From positions 1-64,000 of the IMG/VR virus record IMGVR_UViG_3300036715_002842: DNA of 64,000 nucleotides, one strand, 5' to 3'. Positions within the stretch are counted from its first letter, which is position 1. The number at the start of each line of letters is the position of its first letter. Source of the stretch: a virus. The translations under genes were made by a program, and so were the position numbers. This document shows positions 8,501 through 15,991 of this stretch, one piece after another. The notes under the pieces are model-generated. The model was not told where the DNA came from. It was given only the letters and a program-made list of their open reading frames with translations, and did no database searches.

Positions 8501-10240
8501 CTTAGGTTGAGGTCCATTCGCATATTCCCAGATCATTCGATACTGAGCATGCCATCCACGACCGGACCATGTATACCACCTTGGAGTGTGACCTTTCTGT
8601 GCCCATTCATAGAGCTTCCCATGAAGGGGATTCAAAGAATCTCCCGGAAGGAGATCTTCTACCTTACGATATCCACCTTCCTTGAGCATAATTAAATGGT
8701 CTTCTGTGGCCTTGAAACTAGAACCATCATCCAGAGTTACCCTGTAAACTGAGGCACCGGTTCTCTTCACACCAATGTTGTACATTGGAGCAATAACGGT
8801 CTTCTTAAGTTCGGAATCCCAAGTATAAACATTGACTGTAGTTCCAACCAACTCCTTGATCGGAACGGAAATTCTACCATCTGCAACAGAAATAAGGGTA
8901 TCCCCGGTAATGCAGCAAGGGTTCGAACCGTTAATCCTTCCAGAATTTAAGCAGGTGTGCCACTCATTGATCGTGGTGTCGAACTGAAGTCCAGGGTCAG
9001 CGCAGAACCAAGCCGCCTTGACGATCTTGTCCCATAGCTCCTTCGACTTGATGGTCTTGACGATGTGCCCACCAGTACGAGAAGTCAGGTTCCAATCCCC
9101 ACCAGCCTTCACGGAATCCATGAAATCATTGGTCAGGCGAACGGAGTTGTTGGAGTTCATTCCGTTGACGGTGAGGTAAGCTTCACTGTCCCAGTTGGTA
9201 TCGTAGATATCGATGTCGCGAACGGTGTCACCATTCTGAAGCCGACCAAGGCACTGGGAGATGAAAGGCTTCGCAATACCATCACGGTATGCCTGTGCGA
9301 TTGCCTTCTTCAGCTTCTCGTTGGTGTAGGGGTTGGGGTCCTTCGAAGGGCTGGCTTCGTATGCCTTGCACATGCGATCCCAGTGCTTACGCATGATCTG
9401 GGAGCCTGCAGCAAGAGCAACCACCTTGCGCTCTTCCTTGACCTTCCAATCCACGAAGGTTTCGATGTCCGGATGGTCTGCGTTCAGGATCACCATCTTC
9501 GCAGCACGGCGCGTGGTACCGCCCGACTTGATGGCGCCTGCAGCCTTGTCTCCAATCACCAGGAACGACATCAGACCGGAGCTTTTACCCCCACCGGAGA
9601 GGGTTTCATTCGCACCACGTACGTTGGAGAAGTTGGTGCCGGTACCCGAGCCGTACTTGAACAAGCGAGCTTCACGGGTCCACAGATCCATGATGCCACC
9701 ATCGTTGACCAGATCGTCCTTGATGCTCTGGATGAAGCATGCGTGAGGCTGAGGACGTTCATAGGAGGAGGTCGAAGCCTTCAACTCCTTAGAATCCGGA
9801 TCTACGTAGTAGTGACCTTGAGACGGCCCATTGATCCCGTAAGAGTTGAACAGCCCTGTATTGAACCACTGGGGGCTATTAGGAGCCGCCATCTGGTTTG
9901 CCAACATGAACTGAAGTTCTTCCTTGAAGGCATCTGCATCTTCTGCGGTATCGAAGTAGTTGTGCTTGACTCCCCAGGTCTTCCAGCAGTCGGTCAATCG
10001 TTCGAAGACTTGGCGAGAATCGTTCTCGCCCTCAGTCCCATTCTTTCCGAGACCCTTACGGCGGAAGTACTTCTGTGCCAGGATATCCGTTGCTACCTGC
10101 GACCACCTATCCGGAACGATTACATTGCTGTTCTCGAAGATCGCATTTCCATCCAACCTGTTAATCCTGGATGTTCTTTTCACGAAGTTGATTCCATCGT
10201 ACGGACCGGAATCCTTCGTAAAGTAGCGGGATATTTTCAT
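5579..10240 (-). CDS. nrdJ: class II (adenosylcobalamin-dependent) ribonucleotide reductase with intein
   Basis: PNSPQWFNTG, PHACFI, GGTTRRAAKM, NPC/SEY, ACNLASLNL, APTGTIG, GAISKTVN, C-terminal CxxC...CxxC; start at MKISRYF (GAGG RBS). Confidence 0.95.
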   Translation of the reverse strand: MKISRYFTKDSGPYDGINFVKRTSRINRLDGNAIFENSNVIVPDRWSQVATDILAQKYFRRKGLGKNGTEGENDSRQVFERLTDCWKTWGVKHNYFDTAEDADAFKEELQFMLANQMAAPNSPQWFNTGLFNSYGINGPSQGHYYVDPDSKELKASTSSYERPQPHACFIQSIKDDLVNDGGIMDLWTREARLFKYGSGTGTNFSNVRGANETLSGGGKSSGLMSFLVIGDKAAGAIKSGGTTRRAAKMVILNADHPDIETFVDWKVKEERKVVALAAGSQIMRKHWDRMCKAYEASPSKDPNPYTNEKLKKAIAQAYRDGIAKPFISQCLGRLQNGDTVRDIDIYDTNWDSEAYLTVNGMNSNNSVRLTNDFMDSVKAGGDWNLTSRTGGHIVKTIKSKELWDKIVKAAWFCADPGLQFDTTINEWHTCLNSGRINGSNPCCITGDTLISVADGRISVPIKELVGTTVNVYTWDSELKKTVIAPMYNIGVKRTGASVYRVTLDDGSSFKATEDHLIMLKEGGYRKVEDLLPGDSLNPLHGKLYEWAQKGHTPRWYTWSGRGWHAQYRMIWEYANGPQPKKMHIHHKDWNAQNDSLENLELLTPEAHTEIHVSHMTGENNPVHRLTEEQKLVWKEKLRTYFTGEQNPNFGKTHSSKTKLKMVSRWTPERKEATRIHMTEVQLTRMASGEEVGRPKHLRHELSCAVCRNKFSSMNEERLYCSALCGVRGTKSLAAAKLRGKALSPAHIEKLRISNSLGAKPENVKKAQLASIRNKCLKVGKLLLESNNQFTFESWDSLKPVAKELGAYHFPKSEVLQNIFSNEEEFLDQAQHFNHKVVSVEFAGTEDVYDGTVDGYHNFGIYTSRSKEKASGIFIHNSEYMFLDDTACNLASLNLCTFLNDGVFNVEAYRHAARLWTMVLEISVLMAQYPSPTIAQLSYEFRTLGLGYANLGTMLQRLGIPYDSDQGRQWAGAVTAILTGEAYATSAKLAKDHGPFERYEENKEVMLKVIGNHRSAAYNAKTSDYEDLTMPPVGLKIRSLPRPLGAAVKECWDEAWELGKQYGYRNAQVSCLAPTGTIGLIMDCDTTGIEPDFSIVKFKKLAGGGYFKLVNQSLTESLSRLGYKNDEIEGIVEYVVGIKKITEDTPGINLLDLHEKGFTDEMIQKIEKAIPSSFDPSFLFSLATLSDDDYRALGLNPDGKETQPLLEQLGFTQDAIEMFYLELGGRMTVEGAPGLKTEHYAIFDCANRCGKIGKRFIAPMGHVYMMAATQPFLSGAISKTVNLPAETSMDEIGYIYEEAWKCGLKSVALYRDGSKMSQALATNLDLLDSADILLDDEAPKVEKAKAIAESYLRSYRRKLPNRRGGYTQSAQIGTTKIYLRTGEYEDGGIGEIFLDTHREGAAFRSLLNAFAISVSMGLQYGVPLEEFCDAFMFTKFEPAGMVRGNDSIKMAHSIIDYVFRELSITYLGRTDLVQGEEGQEITKPVAKTVDRGGKEETVERVAMIPVARKGKNEVNSAKEKGYTGDACVECGNLTLVRNGSCTKCMTCGATGGCS
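7613..8914 (-). mobile_element. intein (434 aa) with HNH homing endonuclease and NUMOD-like repeats in nrdJ
   Basis: Begins CITGDT, block B ATEDH, ends IFIHN followed by Ser; internal HIHHKD...NLELL and GEQNPNFGKTHS. Confidence 0.9.
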
Positions 10241-10334
10241 GGAGAACCTCTTAGTTTGGATAAAACGGGTACTCAACCTATGGGGATGAGTATGACAATA
10301 AAGGGGGAACTAGAGATCTAGTTTCAAGTAAGCC

Positions 10335-10490
10335 TCAGGAAATTTCTTCTTCGAGGAGTGGTTCTGAGAGATAGACACGGCAGATTGCACAGCGGTCACC
10401 TAGCTCCACAACATCTGCTTTGTACCCATCGTTTGGACAGTGTTTCTCACAATAAGTATCACCGGTCGAATCGGATATGTACGCAGTCAC
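10335..10490 (-). CDS. small zinc-finger-like protein (51 aa)
   Basis: GTG start; TYCEKHC...RCAIC; below the track length cutoff. Confidence 0.5.
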   Translation of the reverse strand: MTAYISDSTGDTYCEKHCPNDGYKADVVELGDRCAICRVYLSEPLLEEEIS

Positions 10491-10559
10491 GGAAATACTA
10501 TGCCTCTTGGTAGGGGTCTGCTCAGGAAAATTATTCTACCCTGAGAGCCAGACTGGGTC

Positions 10560-12350
10560 TTAATTTGACGGGGAAGGTTTCAGGTGAGCAAAGACAGGAT
10601 CCTCTAAACCGTTTCTTTCGAAAGCCGTCTTCCTCATGTAGCATGGACCACAGCTCCCACAATGGTGTTCTTCGTGGGAATAGCACGACCAAGTCAGTTC
10701 CCAAGGGGTGCCACACTCATTGCCCAGCTTGACAATTTCGTGTTTCATGAGGGTACTGAGAGGATCGATCAGAGTGATCTTTACCCCATTCTGCGTGCTG
10801 TAGGGTAGGATCTTATTGAATAACCTTCCGAACTCTTGTTCGTTATCTGGGTAGCTTCCAGAATTGTGAACAAGAATACCGTTGGCAAGAACGAAATTCT
10901 CATCTCCAGGAACTGAAAGATCGTATACAACTGGCGGGGCTGGAACCGCTTCAATACTAGTAACACCGGAAAATCTAACCCCACAATCTAGGTTTTCGGG
11001 GAATGGAAGAAGTTCCGTTTTTAGAACTTCTCCAAAAATTTCTGGGTAGGGTAGGGAATTATTTGTAAGTTCATCCGTTCGAATGGATCCAATTTTAATA
11101 GTAGATTGATCTTCCTGTTTTCTAACCATGATGGAATGACAAGGGGTAAGATCTACGGTTCTTCCCAAAGTATCTGTTACACGAAGAAGATGATCATAAG
11201 TACATTTATGAACTATTACTTTTGCAACGTCAGATTCCTTACAAACTCCATCTGAATTTACTGAAATGGTTTTTACTCCGATGGTATTCTCCCACTTGGA
11301 GAGGTTTTCAATGGTTTCTACAAAGGTCCTTCCATCCTTCTTTAAAAGAAGCTTCGTATATCCTGGTAAGCTTTCTTCAAGGTTTCCTCCAAATGCGATC
11401 GTACCAATGTTATTCGTTTCGGCATAAGCTGTCAGCACCGACAGCATCAGAAGGTTACGTGCGGAGACCCAATCCATCGCATATTCAGTTCCACGAATTC
11501 CTTCTTGATGGTAGTGCCCTTCGACAATGGATCCTCCGAACACCCTCGGGAGATCCAAGAAGACCAACTTGAAGCCACCATGATCCGCAATTTTCTTAAT
11601 GCGATCAACCTCAACAGATTCGGCAACACACCCATACTGGAAGTGTGCCAGGGTCACTTCATGCCCTTTGGCCTTCAGCATGTAGGCCACGGCGGTAGAG
11701 TCCAGGCCGGAAGAAGCTGCAACCACTACTCCAGGCGCTTGAGTACGGGGAAGCTCTACTGTTTCGAACTCGAAGGTCCGAATGTTGACGCGAAGGATGG
11801 AATAGGGCTTCAGGGCTGAAGAGTATTCAGGGAGCATCTCTGGAATGGATCCAAAGGAGAAGTAGCTCTTCCAATCAGTGAAGAAGTAGATCGGCTTGTA
11901 GTTACAGGCCAGGATCAGGCTATCACCCTCGAACCAAGCCAGTGCGTAGCTACCTTCGATCTTCTGGAGGATGGCTGGGATCTCTTCGAATGGTTGATTA
12001 CGTAGCAGACCTGGAAGGACCATCGAGTCAATCGGAAAGTCCCCAAAGGTCTTATCGTTGGCGATCACTCCATTGTGGACTATCCCATCGTAGGGTTGCA
12101 GGATCTCGATTCGGGAAAGGGCCTCGGTGGTAGGTGTAGCGCGAAAGTTGCCAACCACTCGGCTGAACTTGGAGATGTTTGAAATCTCCTCGTCCGACAT
12201 CTTCTCCAGGCTACGAAATTCTTGATCTGGTTGGCTTCGATCGTAGGCTTTGAAGCCCCAACCATCCCTACCGCGAATGCTTCCATTACGCAGGATGCCA
12301 ACTTTCACTTCCTGTGGGGTCTCTCCGAACCAACCAGCAATGCCGCACAT
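10560..12350 (-). CDS. queC: Gat-QueC: class II glutamine amidotransferase fused to 7-cyano-7-deazaguanine synthase, with mini-intein
   Basis: N-terminal MCGIAG and VHNGVI (Ntn GATase); SSGLDS PP-loop, ARN, YPD, TWSCY...CGSCGPC. Confidence 0.9.
   Translation of the reverse strand: MCGIAGWFGETPQEVKVGILRNGSIRGRDGWGFKAYDRSQPDQEFRSLEKMSDEEISNISKFSRVVGNFRATPTTEALSRIEILQPYDGIVHNGVIANDKTFGDFPIDSMVLPGLLRNQPFEEIPAILQKIEGSYALAWFEGDSLILACNYKPIYFFTDWKSYFSFGSIPEMLPEYSSALKPYSILRVNIRTFEFETVELPRTQAPGVVVAASSGLDSTAVAYMLKAKGHEVTLAHFQYGCVAESVEVDRIKKIADHGGFKLVFLDLPRVFGGSIVEGHYHQEGIRGTEYAMDWVSARNLLMLSVLTAYAETNNIGTIAFGGNLEESLPGYTKLLLKKDGRTFVETIENLSKWENTIGVKTISVNSDGVCKESDVAKVIVHKCTYDHLLRVTDTLGRTVDLTPCHSIMVRKQEDQSTIKIGSIRTDELTNNSLPYPEIFGEVLKTELLPFPENLDCGVRFSGVTSIEAVPAPPVVYDLSVPGDENFVLANGILVHNSGSYPDNEQEFGRLFNKILPYSTQNGVKITLIDPLSTLMKHEIVKLGNECGTPWELTWSCYSHEEHHCGSCGPCYMRKTAFERNGLEDPVFAHLKPSPSN
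10863..11372 (-). mobile_element. mini-intein (170 aa, no endonuclease) in queC
   Basis: Starts SLPGYT, block B LTPCHS, block F VYDLSV, ends ILVHN followed by Ser; removal restores NLEE-SGSYPD. Confidence 0.85.
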
Positions 12351-12439
12351 GGATCCTCCTACAGGGTTAACCGATAGAATTTTGGAGAAGGGGTACGCAT
12401 AAACACCGTTTTAAGAGCCGAGAGACCTGGATGGGGGAT

Positions 12440-12793
12440 TTAGGTGGCCTTGTGGACATACACCTTTAAACCCCGCTTAGTTGCGATCTCTACCATACCC
12501 CTGGTACCTTTGGACCGACCGTTCCAGATCGCAATAAGGGCATCCGCCTTCGCGGCCATTTCTGCGTTTCGAACCATTCCAGCTTCAGGGTGAAAGACTC
12601 CGTCAATCGTCCACTTGGCAGGATATTCTTCCCAGGGAATCCCGTTGATCTTTGCGAACTCAATTGCGTCCAGGTCAATCCCCTTCGCCTTACCGGAGAG
12701 GATTACTGAAATCTCAAAGCCGGACTGTTCAACCGCTTCGCATACTAGTTGGATGTCGCAGATATCCCGACCGCCGGCAATGATAGTTCTCAT
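12440..12793 (-). CDS. SLOG-family (YspA/DUF2493-like) protein
   Basis: IIAGGRD, SGKAKGID, AGMVRNAEM, WNGRSKGT. Confidence 0.8.
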   Translation of the reverse strand: MRTIIAGGRDICDIQLVCEAVEQSGFEISVILSGKAKGIDLDAIEFAKINGIPWEEYPAKWTIDGVFHPEAGMVRNAEMAAKADALIAIWNGRSKGTRGMVEIATKRGLKVYVHKAT

Positions 12794-12808
12794 GGAATTT
12801 AAACCTGT

Positions 12809-13582
12809 CTAGAAACCAACCATCGCTGAAAGGAGCTTCGGAAGATCAAACCGCACTCCAGCGGTGTATCTCAGCTCAATCGGTCCAACACTCTGCAGGT
12901 TTCGATTGTATGAGAAGTCAAAGAACACACTATTGCCATCCGTAACGGGGTAAAGGTGGTATCTGGCTCTCCCCACAATTCGTGCTGGTTCGGCGTAAAA
13001 CTTGTCGTGCCCTGCAGAAAGTTCGAGTTGGATGATGTTGTGTCGACCTTCATCGAGTGGCACTACGTAGTGATAGCCGACACGGTAGGATCCAGAACGG
13101 TCTCTATTGCCCACGTTGTCGTTCTTGATATAGTCGAACAGTCGAACATCGAGAAAAGGGCCGGCGGCTTTAATAGACTTGTTGACACGATTGGTATCGA
13201 AGGACCAACCCAGAGTCAAGGTTCCACAAGTTCGAGAGGCGGTTTTGATCCCAGAACTATCAAATCCGGTTGAAGGAGATGGTGGATCTGTTAGAGTTCC
13301 ACCTGTTTGGGGAAGGGTCTCAAAGCCAACGCTAACATTTACGTAGTAAAAGCCGGTGAGAGTCTTTCTGATGGGGGACTGAATTGGCTTTTGGATGAGA
13401 AAGAGGTTGAAGACTGTAGAGGTGTAATTCGATTGGAACACTCCGGCAGAATTAGGTGCGTTGTTGATGTTGGTATTTACTCGGGCCACATCAACCGTAG
13501 CAGTCACTGGACTTGACTTGGGTCCCTGGGAGATGTCTTGTGGCTCTTCCATTGCAAGGACTAGCAACGCAGCAAGTAGCAT
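12809..13582 (-). CDS. putative exported beta-rich (outer-membrane-like) protein
   Basis: Hydrophobic N-terminus, alternating amphipathic strands, C-terminal Phe. Confidence 0.5.
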   Translation of the reverse strand: MLLAALLVLAMEEPQDISQGPKSSPVTATVDVARVNTNINNAPNSAGVFQSNYTSTVFNLFLIQKPIQSPIRKTLTGFYYVNVSVGFETLPQTGGTLTDPPSPSTGFDSSGIKTASRTCGTLTLGWSFDTNRVNKSIKAAGPFLDVRLFDYIKNDNVGNRDRSGSYRVGYHYVVPLDEGRHNIIQLELSAGHDKFYAEPARIVGRARYHLYPVTDGNSVFFDFSYNRNLQSVGPIELRYTAGVRFDLPKLLSAMVGF

Positions 13583-13635
13583 GAAATTCTCCTAGATAAA
13601 GTAACCCAGAAGGTTATTCCTACAAGGGGTTTCCT

Positions 13636-14004
13636 GTGAAAATCCACTACCTCGGAAAAGAGTTTCCCAAGTATTTAGCAGTCGCATTGTTTCTCCTTGG
13701 CAGTTTCGCATACGCTATCCATAATAATGCTACGAAGTCCCGGGAGATGCGCGAACTGAAGCAGCAGATGGAAATTCAAAACCAGCGGATCGAAGCCCTT
13801 CAAAATCAGGTTACCAAGGTGGAGAAAAGACCTCCCTCGGTCATCCATCATCACCACATTAAGAAGATCGTAATCAAGAAGTACATCTTGGTCAAGCCAC
13901 TCAATCCTTTACCCCCATTAGACTTCAGTTCGTTCCTACTTCCGTTACCAACCATGTCGGGGATTCAGGATGCAACAAGTTTTAGATTCCCTCCTCTTAA
14001 ATGA
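13636..14004 (+). CDS. membrane-anchored coiled-coil protein
   Basis: N-terminal TM helix followed by coiled coil. Confidence 0.55.
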   Translation: MKIHYLGKEFPKYLAVALFLLGSFAYAIHNNATKSREMRELKQQMEIQNQRIEALQNQVTKVEKRPPSVIHHHHIKKIVIKKYILVKPLNPLPPLDFSSFLLPLPTMSGIQDATSFRFPPLK

Positions 14005-14500
14005 AGACGTAATCAGTTTGAAGGGGATCCTCGCGCAGGATCCCTTGTTCCTGCAAATCAATCAACAGGTCCCCTTGCTCATCAACGAATTAAATGCGAT
14101 GATGACCATGTCGATGCCAGTCTTGGATCTCAACCAAGCTGCGGTTGCCGATGCGAATCGCTGGATCACAACTCTCCAGGGGCATAGAGATAAGATCTGT
14201 CAGTACGAGATTACCCTTCGAACTTTCGAGTATCAGGTAGACAAGTACTGGTCCATCGCCTACAACATGTGCATGGTCCAACCTCAGATCGAAGGTTTGA
14301 GATCCAATGAGCACAAGAAAGCGTACATTGAGCAGGTCTTCAAAGATCTGATCGAGATGAAAAACTACGTTTCGATCAGTTTGAAGAAGCTCCAGATTAT
14401 CAGTGATAACATTCAGCAGGCTTACTACAGCTTCAGTGCCCAGCAGAAGAACGTGCAGCTACTGGCTACGGTCCATCGTTCGTATGGAACCCCGAACTAG
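13970..14500 (+). CDS. helical hypothetical protein
   Basis: 176-aa all-alpha/coiled-coil ORF; only a vague UvsY-like resemblance. Confidence 0.6.
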   Translation: MQQVLDSLLLNEDVISLKGILAQDPLFLQINQQVPLLINELNAMMTMSMPVLDLNQAAVADANRWITTLQGHRDKICQYEITLRTFEYQVDKYWSIAYNMCMVQPQIEGLRSNEHKKAYIEQVFKDLIEMKNYVSISLKKLQIISDNIQQAYYSFSAQQKNVQLLATVHRSYGTPN

Positions 14501-14844
14501 CAGCTTGTAACTTCCCCATTAGTTACGAAGCCATGCCAACCGCAAAGCTGACCTTCTACACAGGTACAGCCAGCACAATGGGTCTGTAAATGGACTGAAG
14601 GGGTGAGGGTTAGGTCATCAAAATCGGTTCCAACCATTCCCCATCTTGCCGGAGCTTCCCAAGATTCTGGAGTCGCTTGAGTGCTTGGGCAGATGACTAG
14701 GTGAGTTCCACGCGGTCCACCATTCGCTTGAAAACACTTAGGACATAAGAATCGAATCCCATTCGAATCGTGGATGGAGTCTCGTTTTCCAATTTTCATT
14801 CCATCCAGGAACACAAACCGGGGATCTAGGTCAGTTAGTCGCAT
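14497..14844 (-). CDS. DUF6527-like Cys/His protein
   Basis: FLCPKC...LTLTPSV...CGWHGFVTNG pattern. Confidence 0.6.
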   Translation of the reverse strand: MRLTDLDPRFVFLDGMKIGKRDSIHDSNGIRFLCPKCFQANGGPRGTHLVICPSTQATPESWEAPARWGMVGTDFDDLTLTPSVHLQTHCAGCTCVEGQLCGWHGFVTNGEVTSC

Positions 14845-15127
14845 CAGCAGAAGGAATGAATGAGGTAAGCGAGGGTAACGGTATCGTTCTGAAACCTAAG
14901 AGTGTTTCTTTCGACTGCAAGAAAAATAAATTCTTCCTCTTGAGGTGTACTGGTATCTTCTTCACTTCAGAACCGGTTTCAACTTCAAGCTCAGACAGAA
15001 TGTACCCATCCCCAGCAACAAGGATCTGCTTGCCCAACACAGTTCCGTTCAGTCTTTTCAGAATTGCTTCGACCCTACGTTTTGTTTGGGCCTTCTTCTG
15101 AAGAGCTATCTCAGCGGGCCTTGGCAT
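14831..15127 (-). CDS. hypothetical protein
   Basis: Probable start MPRPAEIAL within track ORF; tight operon packing. Confidence 0.5.
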   Translation of the reverse strand: MPRPAEIALQKKAQTKRRVEAILKRLNGTVLGKQILVAGDGYILSELEVETGSEVKKIPVHLKRKNLFFLQSKETLLGFRTIPLPSLTSFIPSADATN

Positions 15128-15470
15128 GCTTGTGCCGTACGTAAGATGGCACACCAGCAGTTGTCTTCAATCGAGCGGTCGCCTCGTTCGCATAGTCCGG
15201 CTCTTCAAAGACTTCCGGTTCCTTTGCGTCCATCCAAGCTGGTCGATTCTTATTCCAACCGGCAAACTCAACGTAGCCTGCGTAATCGTGAGGAACACCA
15301 TCAATCACGATCTGGTAGCTCTTGGAAGATCCCGGTACCCACAGTTCAGGCTGATCCTGTAGCCACTGAAGTACGTAACCTTCAGGTCGCTTTTCTAGAA
15401 TTCGGTACTTGGATTGTTCGAGGGTTTCCTGCCAAGCCTGCTTGAGAACCGCTGCAATATGAAGCTTCAT
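15111..15470 (-). CDS. hypothetical protein (MKLHIAA leader)
   Basis: ORF coupled to upstream stop. Confidence 0.6.
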   Translation of the reverse strand: MKLHIAAVLKQAWQETLEQSKYRILEKRPEGYVLQWLQDQPELWVPGSSKSYQIVIDGVPHDYAGYVEFAGWNKNRPAWMDAKEPEVFEEPDYANEATARLKTTAGVPSYVRHKHAKAR

Positions 15471-15952
15471 TTTTCCACCTGAATGAATGTCCTACTGTTA
15501 TCCTTCTCGAGGATGTCGATGAAGTCTTCTGGGACTCTTGCATTGTCCGGGAAGGTGTATCCACATTCTTTTTCGATTGATGCTGAGTACTCAGTGCAGA
15601 TCCACCCGCTCTCATTGTACCCTTGCTTCAAGCCGGCTCGAATGGCATCTACGAAGGAATAGGGCTCCATCATATGTTCCATCGCTTGCTTCTCTGCTTC
15701 CGGAGTCCATGTAAGGTTCATCTGAACAATGGTATCTGGTAGTCTCATGGAGAGAGGTACCATGCGTACACCACCGATAGCACTTGCTTCGAGCAAGAAA
15801 ACTCGCCCGGCGATGCACCAGATGGTCCCCACGTGGCTGTACTTTGAATGTGTCCACCACTTGATCAGCTTGTCTCCCAGTTTCTCGTGGCTGGAGTAGA
15901 AAGCCAGATCACCAGACTTTAACTGTTCGCGGATGTCTTCATACTTGGCCAC
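15467..15952 (-). CDS. permuted papain-like NlpC/P60 (YiiX/YebB-type) amidase
   Basis: LKSGDL, YSHVG (His), WICTE (Cys) in permuted order. Confidence 0.8.
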   Translation of the reverse strand: MAKYEDIREQLKSGDLAFYSSHEKLGDKLIKWWTHSKYSHVGTIWCIAGRVFLLEASAIGGVRMVPLSMRLPDTIVQMNLTWTPEAEKQAMEHMMEPYSFVDAIRAGLKQGYNESGWICTEYSASIEKECGYTFPDNARVPEDFIDILEKDNSRTFIQVEK

Positions 15953-15991
15953 GTATCACCTCTCATTCAATTTTAGGTGGGGATTTCCATC

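Noticed and set aside
9065-10321. 418-aa plus-strand ORF, and similar long ORFs 47429-48349, 58766-59365, 50529-51131 and 55653-56303
   Set aside because: Antisense shadows of well-supported genes with strong third-position bias; no motifs of their own
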